Below are positions 12,283-23,900 of a stretch of DNA of 64,000 bases, in pieces. How positions within the stretch are numbered: position 1 is the stretch's first letter; each line of letters begins with the position of its first letter. A program made the position numbers and the translations under genes. Under the pieces are notes generated by a model, which had not been told where the DNA came from, ran no database searches, and saw only the letters and a program-made list of their open reading frames with translations. This stretch comes from Antedon mediterranea (taxonomy: Eukaryota; Animalia; Echinodermata), in the NCBI RefSeq assembly GCF_964355755.1, contig NC_092673.1, positions 20,705,648 to 20,769,647 of the forward strand, in the 5' to 3' direction.

Positions 12283-12804
12283 GGTAGCGGGACAATTCGG
12301 CACAGGACAATACTGCCCAGGACAATTCGGACCTTGGACGATTCAGCACACTTAAATTTATCGACTTTTGATAAAATAAGCTTTTTTCCCCAAACTTTAT
12401 TTTCAGAGAGATCATGCGATAGTACTACTAGGGATAAAGATGCAAAAAAGCAAACAGTTTGAAAACATTGTCGAAAATGATCATTTTTTAGTCATGCGAA
12501 CGATGTAAACAAGTTACGCCCTCTGTTGGCCGCTTGGCGAATGCACGAAATAAACAAGGTTTCCGAAGTAATAAATTGAATATAAAATTACGCTTTTTAG
12601 TCATTTATTTTATATAATATATCAACATTGTCAATATCAATAAATTACGGATTGCTAAACACCAGTTAAAAACTTGATAAATACCAAAAAAAAAATGAAT
12701 ATGAATTTGGTCTAAAGTGAGACGTTTCGACCCACAAAGTGGGATGTTTCGGCCCAAAGGTGGGCCCGACTGAATTGTCTCAGGGCCGAAAATGTCCCGG
12801 ATTC
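12283..12804. mobile_element. Non-autonomous Mutator-like element
   Basis: Imperfect TIRs (CGGGACAATTCGGC / GCCGAAAATGTCCCG) with subterminal repeats; 9-bp TSD GTACAATAC/ATACAATAC. Confidence 0.7.
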
Positions 12805-13045
12805 ATACAATACCCCCATTATGGACTGTACCATTGTTAGAGTGGGGGTGGTGTAAGACAATATTATGTGTTAGCTTGTTTTTTCATCATTTGTTACTTC
12901 CTATTATATGCCTGAATTTAATTCAGTACAGTATAGTGTTTGCAGTGAATTTCAGTTTGCAGTATTGAAAGTAAAATATCTTGCTTATTTTTATCCAATA
13001 TTTAGAATTATAAATATAGCTAAATATGAGTACAGTGTCACAAAG

Positions 13046-13286
13046 CAAGGCGTAGCGAGAGGTTAAAAACAGACGAGGCAAAGATGCTTTAAATATAATT
13101 AATAATATAAAATACGACGAGCTGTGTTGGGGGATTAGGGGTGGGTTGGGGGATTAGGGGTGGGTTGGGGGATTAGGGGTGGGTTGGGGGATTAGGGGTG
13201 GGTTGGGGGATTAGGGGTGGGTTGTGGAAACTGAAAATGTCAGAGGAGGTGAGCACCTCGTCTGCCTCATGCTGGCTACAGTCTTG
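13046..13286. mobile_element. Short TIR element (CAAG...CTTG) with 5-bp TSD CAAAG, carrying a 19-bp G-rich repeat (TTGGGGGATTAGGGGTGGG)x5
   Basis: TIRs CAAGGCGTAGC / GCTACAGTCTTG; CAAAG at 13041-13045 and 13287-13291. Confidence 0.65.
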
Positions 13287-13404
13287 CAAAGATAATCAAT
13301 CCTTAACATGCACTAATATCATATATTATTTTCATGTACAAATTTCAAAAGAATTCAAAGGCGTATAATACTATAGGAATTAACAAATGTAACCTCATTC
13401 TATT

Positions 13405-13637
13405 GTAAAAAGGTAAAGGTCTTGTATTCAATTCTGAATGTAGGGTAATGAGCTATTAGGATTAGACAAGCCTCGGCATTATGTGTTAAGGTGCCCAGTT
13501 CCTTCCCACACCGCCTTATCCTCCCTAGTATTTTCAAACAGGTACTCATTTACAGCTGAGTAGACTGGGAGTTGTCGGGAATTGAACCCAGGTCTCTCTG
13601 TATGACAGTCTAGTGTCTTAACCACTCGCCCAACTCC
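13405..13637 (-). mobile_element. tRNA-derived SINE
   Basis: A box TGGGCGAGTGG, B box GGTTCAATTCC, body CCAGTCTACTCAGCTGTAAATGAGTACCTG, tail (CTTTAC)n; headless second copy at 26953-27122. Confidence 0.8.
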
Positions 13638-13717
13638 TATTGTAGAGATTGATTTAAAAAAACACACCTAACATTGTCATACACCCCCCACTCTAACAAT
13701 GGTACAGTCCATAATGA

Positions 13718-13925
13718 GTGGGTATTGTCCGGGTGGGTATTGTCCGGGTGGGTATTGTCCGGGTGGGTATTGTCCGGGTGGGTATTGTCCGGGTGGGTAT
13801 TGTCCGGGTGGGTATTGTCCGGGTGGGTATTGTCCGGGTGGGTATTGTCCGGGTGGGTATTGTCCGGGTGGGTATTGTCCGGGTGGGTATTGTCCGGGTG
13901 GGTATTGTCCGGGTGGTTATTGTCT
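13718..13925. repeat. 15-bp minisatellite (GGGTATTGTCCGGGT)n, about 14 copies
   Basis: Near-perfect tandem repeat. Confidence 0.97.
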
Positions 13926-14104
13926 GATTTCCAATCGAGCATGCCAAATAATAAAACAAAATATATATTTTTCCAGTAGTTTAGAATTAAAATATTTTTA
14001 GTGGATAAATAATCATGTGATTAGTAAAACTAAAGAACAATTATATTAGTACAATTAATGATGATTAACCAAAAACAATGACTAAAAAATTGTTTATTTT
14101 CAGT

Positions 14105-17100
14105 TCACCATCCGCCTTTTCCTTTTGCCTTCTTTTTCTTTTTTTTAGAAGCCTGTACAGGCTTTTGTTGTCTAGGCCCTGATGGAGAAGCTTGTGCACC
14201 AGCTGTTGTTCCTGGTCTGGGTGAGTTTGGCATACTTGTAGGCTTAGCTGTTTCCCTGTAACAACAGAGGTAGAATAGTTATAGTAATTGGTATGTGTTG
14301 ACTAACAACCATTTTAAAGCGTTTTATGCATTTTAACTTTTAACTTCCAAATTGTAACTGCTTTTAAGCTTAAAGATGTATTGTCCCTTGAAACACAAAA
14401 AATGAAGGTCAAAATATTCTAAATTTAAATTGGCCATATCAAAGTAATATTAAAGTTATTTACATTAAGTCGAAAATTCGTCTTTAATTACGTAATTAAC
14501 AGGTAAATTAGTTTGATTACATTTCGTCTGGAAAATCGTCGCGAGTGAAAGTAAACAAAGATTTCAAACCACGAGTACGCATTATGCATGATGCTAATTA
14601 GGATTAGTAGCCAAACAAGCGCGTTGCATTATGAGATATGTTTTGATCGAAAACTTTGACTAGAAGACAAAGTTATATTTTGAACAAAAAAACGTCTGTA
14701 TTTCAGTTAAATGATTTTTTTTTTCGACTGATTTTTGGTGAAAGTTAATAACTATTATGATACTTCAAAATGACACACTTTTTTCAAAATCTTTTTTTTT
14801 TTACTTTTTTGGAATTAGTCAAAGGGACAATACACCTTTAAGTTTTTGTGCAATAATGTGTGTGTATTCTATATTTTAATTTTTTGTTTATATTATATAA
14901 TGTTGTTCGATTTATATAGCGCTTATACAATCAAAAGATGGTCCCAAATATATATATATATATATATACAGTATATGTTTTTTATCGTACTAATATTTGC
15001 CAATCTTTAAGAAGATATTTTATTATGATAATGGACTGAATAACTGAATATTATTGTTTATTTATTCAATTCAAACTTCCCAAAGGCTAACAAATCTAAT
15101 ATTCATCCTTTATTTCAAATAAAATACATAAGAATGTAACACACATCCCAGGCCACAGCTTGGAGGACCAAACATATGCAGGGCAAAACAAGACAACAAA
15201 TACAAAACAACTAAACTAAGAATGTAACACACATCCCAGGCCACAGCTTGGAGGACCAAACATATGCAGGGCAAAACAAGACAACAAATACAAAACAACT
15301 AAACTAAGAATGTAACACACATCCCAGGTCACAGCTTGGAGGACCAAACATATGCAGGACAAAACAAGACAACAAATACAAAACAACTAAACTAAGAATG
15401 TAACACACATCCCAGGCCACAGCTTGGAGGACCAAACATATGCAGGGCAAAACAAGACAATAAATACAAAACAACTAAACTAAGAATGTAACAAACATCC
15501 CAGGCCACAGCTTGGAGGACCAAACATATGCAGGGCAAAACAAGACAACAAATACAAAACAACTAAACTAAGAATGTAACACACATCCCAGGCCACAGCT
15601 TGGAGAACCAAACATATGCAGGGCAAAACAAGACAACAAATACAAAACAACTAAACTAAGAATGTAACACACATCCCAGGCCCAGCTTGGAGGACCAAAC
15701 ATATGCAGGGCAAAACAAGACAACAAATACAAAACAACTAAACTAAGAATGTAACACACATCCCAGGCCACAGCTTGGAGGACCAAACATATGCAGGGCA
15801 AAACAAGACAACAAATACAAAACAACTAAACTAAGAATGTAACACACATCCCAGGCCACAGCTTGGAGAACCAAACATATGCAGGGCAAAACAAGACAAC
15901 AAATACAAAACAACTAAACTAAGAATGTAACAAACAAGCCAGGCCACAGCTTGGAGGACCAAACATATGCAGGGCAGAACAAGACAACAAATACAAAACA
16001 ACTAAACTAAGAATGTAACACACATCCCAGGCCACAGCTTGGAGGACCAAACATATGCAGGGCAAAACAAGACAACAAATACAAAACAACTAAACTAAGA
16101 ATGTAACACACATCCCAGGCCACAGCTTGGAGGACCAAACATATGCAGGACAAAACAAGACAACAAATACAAAACAACTAAACTAAGAAGGTAACAAACA
16201 TCCCAGGTCACAGCTTGGAGGACCAAACATATGCAGGGCAAAACAAGACAATAAATACAAAACAACTAAACTAAGAAGGTAACACACATCCCAGGCCACA
16301 GCTTGGAGGACCAAACATATGCAGGGCAGAACAAGACAACAAATACAAAACAACTAAACTAAGAATGTAACACACATCCCAGGCCACAGCTTGGAGGACC
16401 AAACATATGCAGGGCAAAACAAGACAACAAATACAAAACAACTAAACTAAGAAGGTAACACACATCCCAGGCCACAGCTTGGAGAACCAAACATATGCAG
16501 GGCAAAACAAGACAACAAATACAAAACAACTAAACTAAGAATGTAACACACATCCCAGGCCACAGCTTGGAGGACCAAACATATGCAGGACAAAACAAGA
16601 CAACAAATACAAAACAACTAAACTAAGAAGGTAACACACATCCCAGGCCACAGCTTGGAGAACCAAACATATGCAGGACAAAACAAGACAACAAATACAA
16701 AACAACTAAACTAAGAATGTAACACACATCCCAGGCCACAGCTTGGAGGACCAAACATATGCAGGACAAAACAAGACAATAAATACAAAACAACTAAACT
16801 AAGAATGTAACACACATCCCAGGCCACAGCTTGGAGAACCAAACATATGCAGGGCAAAACAAGACAACAAATACAAAACAACTAAACTAAGAATGTAACA
16901 CACATCCCAGGCCACAGCTTGGAGGACCAAACATATGCAGGGCAGAACAAGACAACAAATACAAAACAACTAAACTAAGAATGTAACACACATCCCAGGC
17001 CACAGCTTGGAGGACCAAACATATGCAGGGCAAAACAAGACAACAAATACAAAACAACTAAACTAAGAATGTAACACACATCCCAGGCCACAGCTTGGAG

Positions 17101-17922
17101 GACCAAACATATGCAGGACAAAACAAGACAACAAATACAAAACACTTAAAAGATGATAGTAAAAATAGTAGAAAACACATCAAAAGGCATAACATTTTGT
17201 TTCTTATAAAAATGTACAGTTACTGTATAATTTACATTATTATGGAACAGTTTTGCCACGTTCCTGGTTGGTTTAAAGCGGGCATTCCATGTGGTATAGC
17301 TACATAATGAATACCGTTTCACTTTAGTTTACCTCCGCCAAGGAGGTATATGTAATCGGTAGCGTGTGTTTGTTTGTTTGTTTGTTTGTTAGCAGGATTA
17401 CTCAAAAAGTAATTACAAGATCTTTACCAAAATGAATAGACAGATAGATATGTTGTCAAGGACCATTCCATTAAATTTTGGGACCATTTGAGACCACAGT
17501 CCTAATTCTGGACCACTTTTTAGTATACTTTTTTAGACCTGCTAGTGTTAAAAGATAGGACAGAATTTTTCAAAAGCCGGCAAGCAGTCTTAAAGTAACA
17601 AGTAAACTGAAATTGCATTTTCTCGAGAACTACTTGTCCAAAAAACTTCATTTTTTAACAAGAGACAAGAGTTATAATTTGTGATTTGTAATTTTAAAAC
17701 ATAATTTGATTTAATGTGCACGTTTTTTGATGCGAGTAGTTTAGAAAAACTATTTCTTTTCAAATTCACTCGTTTGATTTTCGCGTTGCTGTTCTATTGT
17801 TAGTCAACTGAAGCTATTGTTAATTGAAAGGCTTGTTACATAACCATTACACCAAACTCGCATACACATGCTTGTAATGAAATTAGCCGAAATCACAAAC
17901 AGCATTAAGACACACACAAATA

Positions 17923-17953
<31 letters not shown>

Positions 17954-20900
17954 TTTAAACGGAGAAATCTTATGTAGGAGAATTTTACAGTAGGCGGAGG
18001 TATGCCCTCTCGGAGTGGCTTTCTAGTTTTTTATTTATTCGTTTCAGTTACTTTTATTTACACAAAACACATCCTGTAAGTGATTTAAGTTTTCTTTGGT
18101 TAACAATCCACGGCTTCAGTATATCACTGGGTGGTTTTGAGTTATGACTGTTAAATTTATGTACTGTACATATTTTATACAGAATCCTCATATGGATCTC
18201 TTTAACTCTAAAATGCTTAAAACTGGTCTTAAACTCTGTCTACACTATCAAACTAGTTCGACAAAAAAAGTGTGGTGCCCAAATATGGTAGTAATAAGCC
18301 CAAGTATGGTAGTGATATGATATCATCATGTCCATATATGGGCACATCTTTTTTGACACATTAAGATTGATAGTGTAGACAGAGCTTTAGTGACCATTCA
18401 CAGTGAGAGCATCATTTGTTAAAAAACAGTTATTTTTGTCTATACACTGCAATACCTTATTAACTACTACTCAAATTAAAAATTGCCTCACACTACTCTA
18501 AATCTTAAATTATGGTGGATATTATGATATATATAATTTAACTTAATCAGAGAAAAAAAACACTGTAAAATAATTGTTTTAAAACAACTACTTATTCTCA
18601 CAGCGTAGACGCCACATTTTAGTCATATTTTGGGCATCATTGTTGTCACTCAAAGGGCTGGATAGAAACAAAAGTTTGCCTCCCACTACACTAAGGATGA
18701 ATATTCATAGTTTCTGTAATGTAATTTTTGTTCTGATTGGTTGAAAAAAAAAACAGTCAAAATTATGATGTGATAACAGTGGGTTTGATTGGCTGAATCA
18801 AACTGCACTGTTTTGTTGAAAATAAAGAGAAGAGAGATCCATATTGAACAAAACAATAAATTAATATTTAATTTGTGTAATGATAAATTGTGATTAGGTA
18901 TAGATAAAATTATCAAGGACATGTGTGGGTCTTGAAAACAGTCACACAGACATGGATTATGAAATATTTACATTTCATAAAATTTCAATGATAAAAATCC
19001 TGCAAGATTTTATCTTCCAGTAAAGACACATTGGTTGTTATTAACATCATTAGCTGTTCACACATTAAGTCATAGGACATTAAAATTCCAGAACATTCAA
19101 AATCAATTGTTCTAATCCAAAAAGAAAACTCTTACAAATACCGGGACACAGTTACAATTTTCACAAGTTTTCACACTTTCACAATAATTTTAACCTCTTA
19201 TAAATAGACCAGTGGCTGTACTCACCAATCATACTTAAGTGAGATATTTCCCTTAAATATTAGGTATTTTACTTAACTCAATAAATATTTAAGTAATTCC
19301 CTAATATTGTATTCACTTAGATAGGAGATTTTGTTTACTTTAAGGGTAAGTGTTTCCCTTAGCCTAAGTGTGAATGGTGAATATGGGACAAGCATCCAAA
19401 GAGTTTATTTATGTGAAAAGCCACAGTTTGATGGGCTGATTGTGTAGATATATGGCCAAGATTCAATAAGCCGTATTTTTGTGGGCTACTGGTATTTTCA
19501 TATCCCAATAGCCGTGTGGCTCTTTGTGTGATTAAATTTTGTAGGGGCCCCTGGGAATGTTGGGCTACTTGCTGCATGGGGACATTTACAAGATAATATT
19601 GATGTCAATTGTATTTTTGTGTATCCTAAAGGGTAATAGTTAAAATGCAAAAAGAATAAGTTGTGCGGCTCTTCGTGTGATTAATCTTGTTGTATGGCCA
19701 ACAGAAAGCGGTTGAAACTTAAATTTTGGTAGTCAATGAAATAATTTTACCGATCTGGGAGTATGTTCCTAATGTTAAGTCCAAAAGGTTTTGTGGTTTT
19801 AAGTTGTAATTCCCAGTGGTTTTCCTTGTCTTTTTGCGAGTTTTGGCGCTCCATTTGACATCGTGGTCTATTGCAATAACTCTGAAATTTGCAATCGAGT
19901 GACCAGCTGAATTAAAATGTTCGGCTACAGGTTGATCAAGCTTTAATGTTTTGATAGCTGATCTGTGTCATTCTCATACGGAGAGTGTTTTTTGTTTCTC
20001 CGACGTACTGTTTGCCACAAATATTACAGTATATGAGATAAATGACGTTTTTGGTTAGACAATTAATTGATTGTCTTATCCGAAAAATGCAGCCAGTTTG
20101 ATTACTCTTAAATTTGCAAGATTTGCCGCAAAGGTGACTGCCCAAATTTTGGCTGTTATGAGAGTTAATTTCACTCTGAAATTTAGATCTGACCAATATA
20201 TCACAAAGGTTGGGAGGTCTACGAAATGCAATAATGGGTGGTTCCGGAAAAACAGTCCCGAGACGTTCTGTGGACTGTAGAATGGGCATATGTTTCTCAA
20301 TAATAGCCCGTAATGGAGGCAACCTAGGGTGATAGGTTGTGACCAATGGCACTCTGGTCGAATTTTTTGACTGACATGGTTTGTACGTCAGTGTTTGACA
20401 TCGAGGAATATCTTTTGCTTTTTTTTATAGCAGTTTCGATGTATTCCTTCTTGTAATTTCTATTCGGGAGATGTCCGGTTAGTTCTTCGGTACGATTCTG
20501 AAAATCTAAATCTGAAGAACAGATGCGTCTGATACGTAATGCTTGACTGTACGGTATGTTTTTAGTACAGTGTCGGGGATGACAACTGCTAGGGAGCAGG
20601 TACATATTTTTATCCGTGGGTTTACGGAATAGGTCAGTTTTGAGTGTACCTATATATAGTGTACTTAATATATAATTAATTTTTATTTTGTAAAAAATCA
20701 CTGTACTACACGTCATTATGGTTATCATTATCATTATGACTAAAAATGCGCGGCTCCTAGCTGGGAAGGCTAGGCCTATGCTGTAGGGCAGGGGTTGTCG
20801 TCGCGCAAGGGTGCGTAAATAATAAAAATGTGAGAAGCCCCCTCATTCTTTGTTACGTTAATTATTGCCTCATTTTAAATACAACTGTGTAGTATGTATA

Positions 20901-23900
20901 TAAGCACTCTAGGCGTTTATTACAGTTCTGATGATGAGAATATGTCACATAATTTTAAGAAAGTCTGCATTTTCATTATTTGTATACTTACGGTTCAGTG
21001 CTTGCAGCTCCCTGTGTTCCTTTGCCAACATTCTGCTTCTGTCTATTCTTCCATTTAAACTTGTACTGACTACGTTCATGTTTTGGAAGCCATCTCTCAG
21101 GATCTGGCTCAACTTGAGGATCATAATTTTTAGGAAGTTTTTCTTTAAAAAAAAAATTAAATATTAAACAATAACTAACTAATAACTATACTCATAATTT
21201 AACAATTATTATGTGGGTCCCATACTTTCCTGTATATATATGTGTTTATATATATATTCTCTATAGATAACACATAATAGGCACTTTTTAGGAAGTTTTT
21301 CTTTAAAAACAAAAAATATAAAGTATTAAACGAATAAGTAGAATTGAACTCACAATTTAACAATTATCTGGGCCCATAATTTCTCGTATATACTGTATAT
21401 ATTCTCTATAGATAACACATAGTGTTTTAACAAGTTTTTCTTTTTAAAAATATAAAGTATTAAACAATAACTAACTAATAACTAACTCGCCCCAATAAAC
21501 GCCCCCTATAAGATTTTTTCCATATTGCTCAAATAGAATTAAAGGGAACATATTTATTTCACAATGATGTACTCACTATTGCTGTTCAAATAACTAACAA
21601 ACGTGATATGGCCTAGATATAGCTTGCACATTTACTTGTTTTTCAACAAATAATAAACTTTTTAACTGTTTTAAAGCAACCTAATTTTGGGTGTTAAAAT
21701 TGACCTCAAATAAACGCCCCTCTTTTGGAAAAATGCAACGCTCCCTGGGCGTTTATTGGAAACAATACAGTAGGTATACACTGTTATACTGTATATATTC
21801 TCTATAGATAACACATAACAAGCACAACTCGGCATTATTAGCGTATTTGCATCAGGTTATAGGATGGCATACTGTACATCAACGCCTTGCGCTCGTATTT
21901 TAATGTACATGTATGTTGCGTTTGCACAGATTTTTAAAAATTAAATGTCGGTAAAATTATCTTTTTTTTTCATAACGATCGCCTACAAAGTGATAATAAT
22001 AATAACTGAACATAAAGTGTTATAATACTAAAAATAAAAACAACTATAGACTCTATTGGATATTGATAGGAATCAAATATGTTTTATATAGCATGTTATT
22101 ATAACACCTAAATAAAGGTCTGTTAGTTTTAGGCTAGGCCTAGGCGTTTTAGCATAGCTATGCCTAGGATTGTTGACATAATTTACACTAACAGTAGGTG
22201 CATTTAAAAAATCCATATAAATAAAAATATTTAATATAATTATAATTATAAAAAACCAAATGTTACTGTTTTAATCAATGTGAATCATATGTAGCCCTTG
22301 TCTAGGCCTACCTTTTATTATCTACTATCCACACAAGTTAACCATCGCAGACTAGGCTAGGGCTTGCTAAGCAATCGCCGCGTCGCCATTGTATATTGAA
22401 GAACATAGAGGAAACGGACATGCTATAGATTGAAGGCATGACATGATAAAAATATCTAGTGATGTATTATTAGTATTATTTAAAATCTTACTTTTTCTTT
22501 TTCGTTTCTTTTTCTTAGATGTCACTACTTCTTCATTTGTATCCTTCTTTTCTTGTACATCTTGTCTCAACCCTTTCCTCAGGTATGGCATGCTTTCCAA
22601 AGCCTCCACATCCACTGATAGATCCTCAATTGGTGGAAGATCTAAGCTCAACCTTAAATCAAACTTAAGTTTAAGTAACTGTTGAATTGGTGTTTTTTGG
22701 GATTATATCATCTTTTGACCTAATGTGTTTTTCCTACAATACTTGTGACATACTTTATTTTCCAGTATAATATAATTATCATAATGAAACACACTAGACC
22801 TACAATTGTTGACGTTTTGTAAAAATAATGCATATATATTACTTTAAAACCAAGGTCATTCCTTGTCTTAAATGTATGTTTTATGGTTAATTATAAAAGG
22901 AGAAAAACTACCTAAGTAGCTTGTGTTGAATGTCCTCTTGTGGACAGTCTTAGGCCTAGCTTAGCTATGCTTTGTGTAGGCCTAGTTGATAAAGAGCGGT
23001 AAGGTAGGAACATCGTAGGCTAACTATAGGCCTAGCCCGGCGTTGTCTCGTTGCTGAATTGTCTTTCTTTTTTTGGGGAAGACCTGGTATTTTCGCTGAC
23101 AAGTAATGGTTCGTTTACCCTTGCATAATCAAAAGTGGAAGCATATCACATCACATTATGAAAACATCCGCGCGATGCATTCTGGTATTTATAGCTGGCT
23201 GCTTAAATTATTAGAATCGACTTATTTTCGACATTGTTAACCGTTTAATGAGGAAAACAATTATCGCAATAGGTCCATATAGTATTTATTATCACATTAC
23301 ATTTAAATAATGAACACAAGAAAACAAAGGATACTTCTGGGCCATCTTTGGATCCACTTTTGAATATGCTGTAATCAACTCAGCTAAAGTCTGCATGTCG
23401 CCTGGATTACTCCTAAAAAGAAATACATTATTTAAAATTTTATATTCATCGACACAAGTAAATGTTTGTAATAATTACTAACATTAAAAAGGACCATTAG
23501 TTGTTACATATTTCCCTTGTTTGTAAATTTAGCTTTTTCAAAATGTGTTTTTCTATGTTATGCACTATACCATTTTAACATATTATATAACAATTGTATA
23601 TTAAAGATGTATTGTCCCCCTAAATTTTTTTTTTCAATTTTTTTCTCTCAATTTACAAGTTTAACCTACTTTCTCAAATCTTCAAGCATTCTAATTGCCG
23701 ATTCAGAGCATCCATTCTTTATTTTGAAGGCAGTGTTTGCACGTAATAAGATGTTTAGTTCATCTTGAGATCTCTGCGAAGGCAAAATATTGAGAGTACA
23801 TAAGCCTATCATCTTTCCACCATTTTTCGCCACGCTATCCAAAATAAAGGGTCTTTCACATCTGTTCCGGTATGGTTCTGATGCTGGCAAATCCATCGAA

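Noticed and set aside
13560-13637. Functional tRNA gene
   Set aside because: The A/B boxes run into a SINE body and tail that has a second copy elsewhere; treated as a SINE head.
13637-14001. Repetitive ORFs (HPDNT)n, (GGYCP)n, (TRTIP)n
   Set aside because: Open in several frames only because the 15-bp unit lacks stop codons; no splice or start context.
15110-15825. Hydrophobic cysteine-rich ORFs
   Set aside because: Translations of the 88-bp repeat inside an SRP72 intron.
22700-22740. Alternative U2 acceptor (ATTGTAG) in the U12 intron
   Set aside because: Its use would introduce an in-frame stop within about 10 codons.
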